A stretch of 64,000 nt of DNA from an uncultured cyanobacterium (GCA_963803805.1 CAWDOD010000003.1:224001-288000), one strand, 5' to 3'; positions 10,667-20,952 are shown, counted from the stretch's first letter. The notes: generated by a model from the sequence alone, not told the origin. Program-made: numbers and translations.

Positions 10667-11159
10667 AAAACCAAAAAAACATTTTCTGTTAATGCAGAAT
10701 AAAAAACCACTTAAAGAATCATACTTAGAAGTCACCACAGACTTAAACGCTTTGTCGCAAGTGTTAGATTGGTTTGAAGAAATTGCTACTCCTCTACTAC
10801 CAGGAAAAGCTTCCTGGCAATGTAAGCTAGCCTTGGCAGAAGGCTTTACTAATGCTGTTCGCCATGCACACCAGGGTCTACCTAAAGCAACGCCAATTAA
10901 ATTAGAACTTAAATTCTTTACTCAATATCTAGAAATGAAAATATGGGACAAAGGACAACCTTTCGATCTTATTGCTAGGCTTCAATATCAAATTAAATTA
11001 CAAAATGATTTTGATCCCAAAAAAGATGATGTTCCAGAAGGTGGACGAGGTTTAGTTTGGATGAATCAATTAACTGACGAACTAAGTTATATTCGCACCC
11101 CCGATCAACAAAATTGCTTGTTTATGGGTAAGAAACTTAAAAGGATTAGGAAGCAATAA
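10653..11159 (+). CDS. RsbW-like anti-sigma factor / ATP-binding kinase
   Basis: LALAEGFTNAVRHAH, DxG, EGGRGL GHKL motifs; true start may be the ATG at 10692. Confidence 0.85.
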   Translation: MELFKKPKKHFLLMQNKKPLKESYLEVTTDLNALSQVLDWFEEIATPLLPGKASWQCKLALAEGFTNAVRHAHQGLPKATPIKLELKFFTQYLEMKIWDKGQPFDLIARLQYQIKLQNDFDPKKDDVPEGGRGLVWMNQLTDELSYIRTPDQQNCLFMGKKLKRIRKQ

Positions 11160-11197
11160 GGGTTAGGGGTTAGGGGTTAGGGGTCAGGGGTCAGGGC
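11159..11197. repeat. STRR heptamer repeat GGGGTTA/GGGGTCA
   Basis: About 5 tandem units directly after the stop codon. Confidence 0.8.
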
Positions 11198-11235
11198 ATC
11201 TTTACATTTCATCATCTGCCTGAATTAAATAATTA

Positions 11236-11655
11236 TCATTGATAATTGAGCAAAAGTTCCTTTTGCAAAAACTTGCCCCACTTTGCTGCTAAATCAACTT
11301 CAGTAAAGGGAATTTTAATAGTCTCAGTTTGAGCAACTAACTTAAAAGCAAGATCAGGCTTACCTTTATTGGGAAGTGATTCTAAATCAACAACTTCATC
11401 ATCAACTAATAACTCAATAGACTCTACATCTTGAAGAGAAAAAATTTCTATATCAATAGGTTCGCCGCGAGTGGGCTTTCCCCAAGTAATCTCGCTACCT
11501 TTTTTGCCGATAACAGCATAAATATCATACTTCGCCTGGTCAAACTGTTCTGCCCAACGACCATAAGCTTCCACTTTTTGATATTCATACCAACCTTTCC
11601 AAGCTAGCCAAAAAAAGACAGCTAATAAAGGCAACCACAATAAACCTCTTTCCAC
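11236..11655 (-). CDS. Conserved cyanobacterial hypothetical membrane-anchored protein
   Basis: N-terminal TM segment (GLLWLPLLAVFFWLAW); KYDIYAV.G; IPFTE..LAAKW. Confidence 0.7.
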   Translation of the reverse strand: MERGLLWLPLLAVFFWLAWKGWYEYQKVEAYGRWAEQFDQAKYDIYAVIGKKGSEITWGKPTRGEPIDIEIFSLQDVESIELLVDDEVVDLESLPNKGKPDLAFKLVAQTETIKIPFTEVDLAAKWGKFLQKELLLNYQ

Positions 11656-11727
11656 AATAATTTAGTTGTTAGATGTCCTTTATTATTATCTTATATATTT
11701 ACATAATGAGGAGGGAACATTGGCTCA

Positions 11728-12267
11728 ATGGTAGATGAAAAAAACATCCGTATCGGTATTTTAACAGCCTCAGATAGAGCTAGTGCTGGAGTTTATGAAG
11801 ACCTTTCTGGTCAAGCAATAATTGATTTGCTTAATTCTTATTTAGCTAATAAATGGGAACCTGTATATCAAGTTATTCCTGATAACCAAGAGGGTATTGA
11901 AAATTCCCTCAAAAAAATGGCTGATCAAGAGGGTTGTTGTTTAGTTGTAACCACAGGAGGTACAGGACCAGCCCCAAGGGACGTGACCCCAGAAGCAACA
12001 GAGGCTGTGTGTGAGAAGATGTTACCAGGGTTTGGGGAATTAATGCGTTCTGTATCCCTACAATATGTCCCCACAGCGATCCTTTCCCGTCAAACAGCCG
12101 GAATTCGTGGCAGTTGTTTAATAGTTAACCTCCCCGGCAAGCCCAAATCAATTAAGGAATGTCTCGAAGCCGTTTTCCCAGCTATCCCTTATTGTCTAGA
12201 TTTAATTAATGCTCCTTACTTAGAATGCAATGGAGATGTTATTCAAGTATTTCGACCAAAGAAGTAA
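11728..12267 (+). CDS. mog: Molybdopterin adenylyltransferase
   Basis: SDRASAGVYEDLSG, TTGGTGPAPRDVTPEAT, NLPGKPKSI. Confidence 0.95.
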   Translation: MVDEKNIRIGILTASDRASAGVYEDLSGQAIIDLLNSYLANKWEPVYQVIPDNQEGIENSLKKMADQEGCCLVVTTGGTGPAPRDVTPEATEAVCEKMLPGFGELMRSVSLQYVPTAILSRQTAGIRGSCLIVNLPGKPKSIKECLEAVFPAIPYCLDLINAPYLECNGDVIQVFRPKK

Positions 12268-12327
12268 ACTGAATAATTGCGGTGCGACCCTGCATGGCGC
12301 GTAATACGCAAGGGAATGCGCATCGAT

Positions 12328-12360
12328 TGATAACTAATAACTGATAACTGATAACTGATA
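12328..12360. repeat. STRR heptamer repeat (ACTGATA/ACTAATA)
   Basis: tgataactaataactgataactgataactgata directly upstream of the cysS ATG. Confidence 0.7.
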
Positions 12361-13805
12361 TGACCCTAACAGTATATAACACCCAAAATCGTCGCCAAGA
12401 GGCTTTTCAAACCATTGAACCTGGAAAGGTGAAAATGTATTGCTGTGGTGTTACTGTTTATGACTATTGTCATTTAGGTCATGCTCGTTCTTATATTGTT
12501 TGGGATGTGGTACGTCGCTATTTGGAATGGCGGGGATACGAAGTTGAGTATGTGCAGAATTTCACAGATATTGACGATAAAATTATCAATCGGGGGAAGC
12601 GAGATAATTTAGCACCGGAAGAGGTTGCACAATGCTATATCAAAGAATATTTCACAGATATTAGACGTTTAAATGTTAGGGATGCAGATGCTTATCCCCA
12701 AGCAACAGAACATATCGCTGCCATGCACCAGCTAATTGAAAACTTAATCGAACAGGATTTAGCTTATGCTGCTGGGGGAGATGTTTATTATCGAGTGGAA
12801 AAGTTCCCTAGCTACGGTAAACTTTCAGGACGAAAATTAGACCAAATGGAAGCGGGGGCAAGTGGTAGGGTTGATACTTCTGAGGTCGAAGAGGTTAAAA
12901 AACAACACCCCTTCGATTTTGCTCTCTGGAAGGCTGCTAAGAAGAGTGAACCTAGTTGGGATTCTCCTTGGGGGTCTGGCCGTCCGGGCTGGCATATCGA
13001 ATGTTCAGCAATGGTTAAAGCCCTTTTAGGAGATACCATTGATATTCATAGTGGTGGTGGGGATTTGGTTTTCCCTCACCATGAAAATGAAATTGCCCAA
13101 TCGGAAGGGGCAACTAAGCAACCGTTGGCTAATTATTGGTTGCATAATGGCATGGTGATGGTAGATGGACAGAAAATGTCGAAATCTTTAGGTAACTTCA
13201 CTACCATCAGGGATTTATTAAACCGCCCTGTTGACCCCATGGTAGTGAGGCTATTTGTTTTACAAGCACAGTACCGCAAACCTTTAGACTTTACTGATGA
13301 AGCGATCGCCTCAGCTAAAAATAGTTGGGAAACTTGGCAAGCAGGCTTATCATTTGGGCAGCAATATGGGGAAAAGTTAGGCTTCCGAGAGGAATATCTA
13401 CAGATAGATGAGTCCTATAAATCTCGTTTTATTGAGGCGATGGATAATGATTTTAATACTCCTAATGCCATGGCAGTTTTGTTTGAATTAGCTAAGGAAT
13501 TGCGCCGTCAGACTAATTTAGTCGTTCATGAAGGAGAAATTGACGCTTCAACTCAAGTTTTAGCTAGGCAGTGGCATACCTTAGTTGAATTAGCGGCTGT
13601 TTTGGGGTTAGAAGCTATTACCGAACAAGAAGAAATTCCTCAAACTAATACCGAAAAAATTCAAACTTTGGTCAAACAAAGACAACAAGCAAGGCGCGAT
13701 CGCAATTTCACAGAAGCTGATCGCCTTCGAGATCAACTTCAAGAAATGGGCATTGGTTTAATAGATCAACCTAACGGTGAAACTCGCACTTTAGAACTAA
13801 AGTAA
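12360..13805 (+). CDS. cysS: Cysteine--tRNA ligase
   Basis: CGVTVYDYCHLGHAR (HIGH-like), GRPGWHIECSAM, KMSKS. Confidence 0.97.
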   Translation: MTLTVYNTQNRRQEAFQTIEPGKVKMYCCGVTVYDYCHLGHARSYIVWDVVRRYLEWRGYEVEYVQNFTDIDDKIINRGKRDNLAPEEVAQCYIKEYFTDIRRLNVRDADAYPQATEHIAAMHQLIENLIEQDLAYAAGGDVYYRVEKFPSYGKLSGRKLDQMEAGASGRVDTSEVEEVKKQHPFDFALWKAAKKSEPSWDSPWGSGRPGWHIECSAMVKALLGDTIDIHSGGGDLVFPHHENEIAQSEGATKQPLANYWLHNGMVMVDGQKMSKSLGNFTTIRDLLNRPVDPMVVRLFVLQAQYRKPLDFTDEAIASAKNSWETWQAGLSFGQQYGEKLGFREEYLQIDESYKSRFIEAMDNDFNTPNAMAVLFELAKELRRQTNLVVHEGEIDASTQVLARQWHTLVELAAVLGLEAITEQEEIPQTNTEKIQTLVKQRQQARRDRNFTEADRLRDQLQEMGIGLIDQPNGETRTLELK

Positions 13806-13846
13806 TCCCCTCTCTTGAGTGTTTAATGATAAATGTTAGATGATAA

Positions 13847-14893
13847 ATGGAATACAACGAGTTATTTGCAACAATTGAAGAACTAGTTTTACATCATTCC
13901 CCTAGTGGCATGGAAGGAGAAATTGATGTTTTATTGCAACAAAAATTCACTCAATTAGGAGTTGAAGTATGGCAAGATCGCGCCGGGAATATAATTGCTA
14001 GAATTCCAGGGCAAAATCCTCAAAGAGCGATCGCAATTACAGCACATAAAGACGAAATTGGAGCCATAGTTAAGAATATTGATGAAGATGGTTGTTTAGA
14101 TGTTCGTAGGCTAGGAGGTTCTTTTCCTTGGGTTTATGGTGAAGGGGTTGTGGATATCCTTGGGGATAAAGAAACTATTGCCGGAATTCTTTCTTTTGGC
14201 TCTCGCCACGTTTCCCATGAATCTCCTCAAAAAGCTTTACAAGACAATGCTCCTTTGAAATGGGAAAATGCTTGGGTAGAAACGAAGCGTAGCCCGGCAG
14301 AATTAGCTGAATTAGGAGTAAGGGCAGGTAGTAGGGTTGTGGTAGGAAAACACCGTAAAAAGCCTCTACGTATTAAAGATTATATTGGTAGTTATACTCT
14401 AGATAATAAAGCTTCTATCGCCATTTTACTCGCCTTAGCTCAACAAATCAAAAATCCGATTAAAGATGTTTATTTAGTTGCCTCAGCCAAAGAAGAAGTA
14501 GGAGCAATTGGTGCATTATACTTTACTCAAAACCAAAAATTAGACTCCCTAATTGCCTTAGAAATTTGTCCTTTGTCCCCAGAATATCCGATTTTACCAG
14601 GCAGCTTTCCTGTACTACTTTCTCAAGATGGTTATGGTGTTTATGATGAAGGATTGAACCAAGAAATTAGAAAAGCCGCAGAGCAAGCTAGTGTTCCTCT
14701 ACAACTTGCGGTTATTAGTGGTTTTGGTAGTGACGCATCCATCGCCATGAAGTTCGGACATATAGCTAGGGGGGCTTGTTTAGGATTTCCTACTGAAAAT
14801 ACCCACGGTTACGAAATTGCCCATTTAGGGGCGATTACAAACTGCATCGAAATTCTGAGTGCTTACTGTCAAAGTAATTTTGAATTAAGCTAA
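13847..14893 (+). CDS. M42-family metallopeptidase
   Basis: SPSG.E, AHKDEIG, LDNK, KEEVG, THGYE motifs. Confidence 0.85.
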   Translation: MEYNELFATIEELVLHHSPSGMEGEIDVLLQQKFTQLGVEVWQDRAGNIIARIPGQNPQRAIAITAHKDEIGAIVKNIDEDGCLDVRRLGGSFPWVYGEGVVDILGDKETIAGILSFGSRHVSHESPQKALQDNAPLKWENAWVETKRSPAELAELGVRAGSRVVVGKHRKKPLRIKDYIGSYTLDNKASIAILLALAQQIKNPIKDVYLVASAKEEVGAIGALYFTQNQKLDSLIALEICPLSPEYPILPGSFPVLLSQDGYGVYDEGLNQEIRKAAEQASVPLQLAVISGFGSDASIAMKFGHIARGACLGFPTENTHGYEIAHLGAITNCIEILSAYCQSNFELS

Positions 14894-14960
14894 CTGCTAA
14901 TTGCTAGTTGAATCATTGGTAACTGTAGGGCTTGCCTTTGCCCTTAGATATCATTGATAA

Positions 14961-16181
14961 TCAAACTTTAACTGAACCGAAATGAGTACTAAAGGCGATA
15001 TTTAAGTTTTCTAAAGAGTTAACTAACCAAACAACTTTGTTTTTGGTAAAACTCTCATAGTGATTAAACAGAATAGCAAATTGTTTTTCTAAATAAGGTT
15101 TGACTTTATCACAGAGCAAAACAACTTTGAGCAATAAGCCAACGGTTGAGGTAACACCTAAGTTGGTGGTAATATCAGAGAAAATGTAGTGGACAGGATT
15201 TTCAGCGCTTTCTACCACAAGGAAATCTAATAGCTTGCGACAAGTTTTGTGGAGTAAGTTTTCGCTAAGTTGCTGGCTGTCATTTTCTATTAAAGTAGTT
15301 TGTAAATGTTCATAAAGTCGTCGATTAAAATGGCCATTACCGTACTTGGGGTCAATCGAAGCGGTTAAGTGATCGTATAATTCTTCTTTAAAAGTGCGGT
15401 AACAAGGTGTCCAACGGCTTGAAGTCCGAAATCTTGTGGCTAGGTCACGATAAGTATTACTGCTGTCAACTTTGCCAGTAAAGTGTTGGATCGCATAGTT
15501 CAATTCCCCATCGCTAAGCAATGTAGGGTTGGGAAGAGGGTTTTGGGGGCGTTGTAACTTTTGGTAGGTGACATATTTAGATAAATCTAGCTCAAACTTC
15601 TGTTGTGCTTGCTCTTTGATGAGCCGGATTTTTTGCCGTTGTTCGTCGCTGCTATCATTAGTTAGCAAACAGTGTTCATAAAGACAAGGATAGCGACCAA
15701 TGAAGCTTCTTAAAGGAGTTGCTTCTGTATGGTTATGTTGACTGCTTTGAGCAAATACTTCAGCTAAATGTCTTAAGGAACGGTATTGCTCAGTTTGCTG
15801 AAAATCTTTAATTAAAGAGCGGAGGCGTTGGGTGGTGCGAGAGGTGGCAGGTTGAGTTGGTAGGGTGTCAAAAAGTCCGATTAGGCGGAGGATAGTGGTT
15901 TTGCAACGCGGCTGTTTTAACCAGCTATTGATGAAGATATAACAACTACGATTGAGGATAAACTTAAACTCCCTAGCCGCAAAATCTGAAAGGATAATTC
16001 TTTCCAAAGACCAGCGAATTTGAGGATTGGGATAGCTGTTTCCTTCTATAAATAAGAGGCGAAAACGGGCAATCAGCTTTTCAGGAGTTTCTCTTTGGGT
16101 GCATTCTCGTAAATGAGCATAAAGAAAATCCTCATCTGAGGTGGTTTCGCGGTTGTAGTAGTTCGATAATGAGTCAGTCAC
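14961..16181 (-). CDS. Conserved cyanobacterial hypothetical alpha-helical protein
   Basis: 406-aa ORF with ILNR.CYI.IN.W, RYP.LY.H.LL, LLKVVL.C, WLV..LENLNIAFS.HFG; function not recognised. Confidence 0.75.
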   Translation of the reverse strand: MTDSLSNYYNRETTSDEDFLYAHLRECTQRETPEKLIARFRLLFIEGNSYPNPQIRWSLERIILSDFAAREFKFILNRSCYIFINSWLKQPRCKTTILRLIGLFDTLPTQPATSRTTQRLRSLIKDFQQTEQYRSLRHLAEVFAQSSQHNHTEATPLRSFIGRYPCLYEHCLLTNDSSDEQRQKIRLIKEQAQQKFELDLSKYVTYQKLQRPQNPLPNPTLLSDGELNYAIQHFTGKVDSSNTYRDLATRFRTSSRWTPCYRTFKEELYDHLTASIDPKYGNGHFNRRLYEHLQTTLIENDSQQLSENLLHKTCRKLLDFLVVESAENPVHYIFSDITTNLGVTSTVGLLLKVVLLCDKVKPYLEKQFAILFNHYESFTKNKVVWLVNSLENLNIAFSTHFGSVKV

Positions 16182-16410
16182 AAATCAACACTCCCAATTT
16201 TAAAGGAAGAGTAAGGAGCAAGGTCAGCCAATAGTATTTATATCCTAGCTACTAATATTTATGCAGTTTAGGATTGACGTTGCAGAAAAATAGTAAGTTT
16301 CTTTGATAGTATGGAGGATTCTAACTTTATTAATGCCATAATCTAAGAACTTTTTCTTCCGTAAAAGCATTGAACATTTAGATGAAGTAATGGCAGTGGT
16401 TCTGTTATTC

Positions 16411-19400
16411 CTACGAGGAATGCGCCCCTAAAGCTTTTAAGGTAGCTTGTTGTGCTTGGGTTATGCCTGTAACCCCTTGAATATTAGTTCCGTCATAGGG
16501 TTTATCGGTGTTTAGGGTTTTGAGGCATTGGCTAGTTTCTCTGTCCCAAAGTTCAATGGTTCGGTCTTGGGTAGCACTAATAATCATTTGACCAAAGGAA
16601 CTAAAGTTGACTAACCAAAGGGGATTGTTACGTTTTGATAAGGTAGTAAGTTCTTCTTGATCTGCTTGCCACCACTGAATTTGATGATCGCAACTACCTA
16701 TAATTAATAGCTGCCCTTGGGGGTTAAAAGTTACTGCTTGAATGATTTGGCTACGATTAGGCCAAGTTTGCAAGCATTCACCTGTGTTTAGATCCCAGAG
16801 TTTGATGGTTTGGTCGTGACTACCAGTAGCTAAGGTGGGTTGGGTGGGATTAAAGCTTAAGCGATGAATGCGATCGCTATGACCAGAAAGAGTATGGAAG
16901 CATTTTCCTGTGGCAACATTCCAAAGTTTAATGGTGCGATCATAGCTGCTACTAGCTAAAATACTACCGTCGTGATTAAAGGCAATTTCACTAATCCAGC
17001 GATTGTGACCAGAAAGAGTATGGAGGCATTTTCCTGTGGTAATATCCCAAAGTTTAATTGTGTAGTCATCGCTACCAGTGGCCAGGATTTGACCGTTAGG
17101 ACTGAAAGTTACTACTTTGATTTTATCTGTGTGTCCTTGAAGGGTTAGTGGAGGTGTAGGGGTTGTGATTGACCAGAGTTTGATAGTGTGGTCATAGCTC
17201 CCTGTTGCTAAAGTTGGCTGGTTGGGGGAAAAGGCCAGGGAACAAACCCAATCGAGGTGTCCAGCCAGTATTTTATAGCAATGACCAGTGTTAAGATCCC
17301 ATAGCTGCACAGTTTTGTCTTCGCTCCCTGTGGCGAGGATTTGTTGCTCTGAGTTGAAGGTAAAAGATAAAATTTGGTTACGCTGGCCTCGTAAAGTTCT
17401 CAGGCGTTTACCGAGTTTCACATCCCAAAGCTGAACAGTTTTGTCTTCGCTGCCAATGGCCAAAATGGGTTGGTCAGGACTAAAGGTTAGAGAATAGACA
17501 TTTTCCCCAATTTTGAGAGTTTTCTGGCAGCTTCTGGTGGGAATATCCCAGAGTTTGACTTGGCGGTTATCACTGCTGCTAGCTAAGATTTGGCTATCAG
17601 GGTTGAAGGCAAAGGCAGAGATGTTATCTTCGTGACCTTGGAGAGTCCGGAAACAACGACCTTGATTAATATCCCAAAGTTGAATAGTTTGATCATCACT
17701 AGTTGCGGCAATGAAACAAGCTTCCGGGCGATCGCCGGGGTGATATTCTCCTAAAGGATAGGGTTGTACCGCTAAGGCAACAGCAGAAAGCCAGCTACTA
17801 TCACCGAAAAAAGGTTGTAAGCATTTCCCGGTATTAAGCTCCCAAATTCTTACAGTTTGGTCATCGCTACTACTAGCAAGGATCTGGTTGTTGGGGCTAA
17901 AACAGAGGGCATGGATTCTCTTACTATGACCGCGAAGGGTATGCAAAGGTTGCCCTGTCTTAATGTCCCAAATCCTGACGGTTTGGTCGTCGCTACCGCT
18001 AGCTAATAAAGAATTGTCTTCACTAAAACCCAAGCAATTAATTTGGTTTTGGTGTCCTGACCAAGTTTTTAGGCATTGACCTGTGGTTACTTGCCAAAGT
18101 CTGAGGAGGCAATCTTCTCCACCACTGGCGAGGAGATCACCTTGGGGGTTAAAAGCTAAAGCCCTCACTCGCCCTGTTTGTCCTTGACAACTTAGAAGTT
18201 GTCGCCCATCTGCCACTTGCCAAAGCAAAATTTGACCTTCTGCATCTCCTGTGGCGAGGATACCACCTTTACCTAAAGCGACTACCAAAGAACTACCTAG
18301 AGTTTTGGCAAAGACAGATTTAGCTAGATCTGCCCCTGCAAAGTTGACATTTTGCAGGTGGGCATCTTGGAGATAGGCTTGCCAAATAGTTAATTGGGAA
18401 AAGTCGTAGGCTGCTAAATTGAGTTTTAATTCCTGGCAGAGGTTAATAATGTTGCCTCCGCCGTAACCTGGTAAGTTGTGATATTTGTTTTTAATTGTTT
18501 GGAGGAGTTGTTGCAGTTTGGCAGCAATTTCCTGGGGATGTTGATATTTGGCGGCTAAACTTTCTGCTATGGGTTGAAGAATAATCCTTTGTTGGCTTTC
18601 TCTGATGTAGTCTTTTGCTTGGGCTTTGATTAAAGCGTGACTCATCAATAAAGAGATATCACCCCCCTCTATTTCTGCGGCGATCTGTTGAATAAACCTT
18701 TCAATGATATATTCCCTTACCGCAGGTTGTTGAGTGAAATAGTTAGTTTGGCGTTCTTTTTCTACTAAGGATCTCCTCGTTAAGGAGATGAGGGAGTTTT
18801 GCAGTTGTCTTTTAGCTTCGGTGGTGACAATATCTTCTTGTAGGGTAGGGAGGGAGGTTGGTTCGCGGTTAATAGCTAGCCAATACATGACTTCTTGTTC
18901 TGCTGTTGAAAGGCGGCTAAGTTGTTGTTCTAGTAAGTCCCTGATGTCAGCAAATTGGGCTGCCCCCTGTTGGATTTGAGTTAATAGTTCTCCTATTTCT
19001 CCCCCATAAAACTCTTGGATGTATGTGGCTACGAGTTTGAGGGCTAAGGGGTTGCCGCCGTAATAAGCCATGAGTTCCTGCTCCTGTCCCTGAGAACCGG
19101 AGCAACCTTTGTCTTTGAGGAAGTTTTGACCTTCACTTTCTTTTAAGCCCCTCAAGGGACAGGAACGGACTTTAGGGGTTTGTCCTTCTAAGAGGGCGAC
19201 TTCTTTGGGTTTTTCCCTACTGGTTAAGATTAAGCAACTTTGGTGAGGGGAGTTACCAATCCGCTTAAACAATTCTCCATAATCGTCATAACCAGGTTGA
19301 TAATGACCCACTTTACTAGGTTGGAGAAGAGATTCTGCATTATCTAAAACTAACAAGACGGGGGCAGAACGCAAGGAGGCCATTAATTGGTTAATTTGCT

Positions 19401-20022
19401 GATTTAAGTTTGGGGACAGATCAATTTCTTGTTCCGGAGAGAGGAATTGGCAAATGTCGGCAATAATTTCTGTTACCGGGGGGGCATTATAGAGCGATCG
19501 CCAAATAATATAGGCAAATTCAGATTGGATTTGTTGAGCTAATTGTACAGATATGGAGGTTTTACCAATGCCTCCCATGCCTAAGATAGCGATGAGACGA
19601 CATTGATCAACGACAATCCATTGTTTAAGTTGGGTAAGTTCTTCTTCTCGCCCATAGAAGGTTGTGACATCAGGAACTTCGCCCCAATCTTGGTTAGTTT
19701 GCGGAGGAGTTTTTGCTGGGGAGACAATGGGGCTGGGTTGAGGAGGTGAGGTAACTTGATACTCTTTTAACCAAGCGATCGCCGCCCGTAAATTCTTCTT
19801 CGTAACCTTGTTTCCCTGTTCATGAGAAAGTAGTCGCCATAATTTTGGCCCTATATCTTTTTTTAAGTACCCCGGACTGAAGTTGTGTTCTTTGGCGATA
19901 TCTTCATAGGTTTTGTTCTGCCAAGTTCCTTTAAAAACAGCAGTTTGAGTCTCTGTTAAATGTTTCCCCGTCTTTGCTAATACAACTGCATCTGCAACTT
20001 TGAAAGCCTCCTCAGAGTTCAT
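16411..20022 (-). CDS. STAND protein: N-terminal HTH (vWA-MoxR-associated type), NB-ARC, pentapeptide linker, WD40 repeats
   Basis: HLT..Q..VF.G.WQ..TY..IA....YL..DIGP.LW..LS; GMGGIGKT P-loop; LVLDN Walker B; GNPLAL; many GH...WD repeats. Confidence 0.92.
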   Translation of the reverse strand: MNSEEAFKVADAVVLAKTGKHLTETQTAVFKGTWQNKTYEDIAKEHNFSPGYLKKDIGPKLWRLLSHEQGNKVTKKNLRAAIAWLKEYQVTSPPQPSPIVSPAKTPPQTNQDWGEVPDVTTFYGREEELTQLKQWIVVDQCRLIAILGMGGIGKTSISVQLAQQIQSEFAYIIWRSLYNAPPVTEIIADICQFLSPEQEIDLSPNLNQQINQLMASLRSAPVLLVLDNAESLLQPSKVGHYQPGYDDYGELFKRIGNSPHQSCLILTSREKPKEVALLEGQTPKVRSCPLRGLKESEGQNFLKDKGCSGSQGQEQELMAYYGGNPLALKLVATYIQEFYGGEIGELLTQIQQGAAQFADIRDLLEQQLSRLSTAEQEVMYWLAINREPTSLPTLQEDIVTTEAKRQLQNSLISLTRRSLVEKERQTNYFTQQPAVREYIIERFIQQIAAEIEGGDISLLMSHALIKAQAKDYIRESQQRIILQPIAESLAAKYQHPQEIAAKLQQLLQTIKNKYHNLPGYGGGNIINLCQELKLNLAAYDFSQLTIWQAYLQDAHLQNVNFAGADLAKSVFAKTLGSSLVVALGKGGILATGDAEGQILLWQVADGRQLLSCQGQTGRVRALAFNPQGDLLASGGEDCLLRLWQVTTGQCLKTWSGHQNQINCLGFSEDNSLLASGSDDQTVRIWDIKTGQPLHTLRGHSKRIHALCFSPNNQILASSSDDQTVRIWELNTGKCLQPFFGDSSWLSAVALAVQPYPLGEYHPGDRPEACFIAATSDDQTIQLWDINQGRCFRTLQGHEDNISAFAFNPDSQILASSSDNRQVKLWDIPTRSCQKTLKIGENVYSLTFSPDQPILAIGSEDKTVQLWDVKLGKRLRTLRGQRNQILSFTFNSEQQILATGSEDKTVQLWDLNTGHCYKILAGHLDWVCSLAFSPNQPTLATGSYDHTIKLWSITTPTPPLTLQGHTDKIKVVTFSPNGQILATGSDDYTIKLWDITTGKCLHTLSGHNRWISEIAFNHDGSILASSSYDRTIKLWNVATGKCFHTLSGHSDRIHRLSFNPTQPTLATGSHDQTIKLWDLNTGECLQTWPNRSQIIQAVTFNPQGQLLIIGSCDHQIQWWQADQEELTTLSKRNNPLWLVNFSSFGQMIISATQDRTIELWDRETSQCLKTLNTDKPYDGTNIQGVTGITQAQQATLKALGAHSS

Positions 20023-20036
20023 ATTTATTGGTACAT

Positions 20037-20210
20037 CCTGATTTTTTTTTAGTCTACCTGAACTTTCCTGACTTTTTCTGTAACTTTTCTACTTACCCCA
20101 TAGCATTTCAACAACTAGAAACCAGAACCAGCCTTCATTTTTAGTTTTTGATTTTTAATTTTTAATTCCCCAAAGCCCTATTCCTGAACTTTACTGTATC
20201 GACTTTTTCT
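20037..20210. promoter_or_regulatory. Phased direct repeats (CCTG-A/T-rich, about 10-bp period) in a divergent promoter region
   Basis: CCTGAACTTT CCTGACTTTT TCTGTAACTTT at 20057-20090; second CCTGAACTTT at 20183 and GACTTTTTCT at 20201. Confidence 0.45.
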
Positions 20211-20308
20211 AGGTTCTTGAGCAAACTAAATATAGTCACTCAACCAAGGACTCACCAACAACCAGGTCTTATCTCAAAACTAAATATTTATGAGAGAGGA
20301 TTACTACG

Positions 20309-20467
20309 ATGCTTCTACCAGTTTTAACTTTTTTAAGTGTTAGTTTGCTTTGTACACAACTACTAGCCAAAGAAGAAGAGAAGCCGAAGAAAAAAGAACC
20401 AGAAGAACAATTAGCCGATGCTTTAGCTAAATATCTTTTAAAAGATAGTAAGAAAGCTGAAAGCTAA
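20309..20467 (+). CDS. Small 52-aa membrane-anchored protein missing from the ORF track
   Basis: GAGAGGA RBS 8 nt upstream; MLLPVLTFLSVSLLCTQLLA-KEEEKPKKKEPEEQLADALAKYLLKDSKKAES. Confidence 0.6.
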   Translation: MLLPVLTFLSVSLLCTQLLAKEEEKPKKKEPEEQLADALAKYLLKDSKKAES

Positions 20468-20553
20468 CAAGGGCAAAGATTGCTCTAATGACTGAGCAAT
20501 CTTGTCGCCAATCTGCATCTACATTAATTATATTGGTAAATATTTTGTTAGAA

Positions 20554-20952
20554 ATGAAAACTGTTTTAGTGGTAGAAGATGATCCGATTAATTGGAAAGT
20601 TTTTCAAAAGATAATTACTAAACAAGGTGGTTTGGCTGCCAAGCATACAGAAAATGCTGAAGAAGTGATGCAAATTGTCCAGCAAAAAGAAGCAGATATT
20701 ATTCTTATGGATGTTTCTTTAAATAATAGCTACTACCAAGGCAAAGCTGTTGATGGTATTGCCATTACTCAAATGCTTAAAGCCCATCCCCATACTGCTA
20801 AAGTGCCAGTTATTTTAGTTACAGCTAATGGTGGCAGTGGCGATCGCCAGCACTTTTTGGAAACTAGTGGGGCAGATGGCTATATTCCCAAGCCAGTAAC
20901 GGATTATCAAGATTTTGTGGCTCAAATCAAAGCTAAACTTGCTGCAAACTAA
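20554..20952 (+). CDS. Single-domain response regulator (DivK-like receiver)
   Basis: VLVVEDD, ILMDVSL phospho-Asp, VTA, KPV; start at MKTVLVVEDD preferred over track start 20488. Confidence 0.88.
   Translation: MKTVLVVEDDPINWKVFQKIITKQGGLAAKHTENAEEVMQIVQQKEADIILMDVSLNNSYYQGKAVDGIAITQMLKAHPHTAKVPVILVTANGGSGDRQHFLETSGADGYIPKPVTDYQDFVAQIKAKLAAN

Noticed and set aside
11159-11197. Telomere-like (TTAGGG-containing) repeat
   Set aside because: It is a 7-nt GGGGTTA/GGGGTCA unit, an ordinary cyanobacterial STRR.
12278-12325. GC-rich stretch upstream of cysS as a T-box or riboswitch
   Set aside because: Too short, no T-box consensus, only a weak hairpin.
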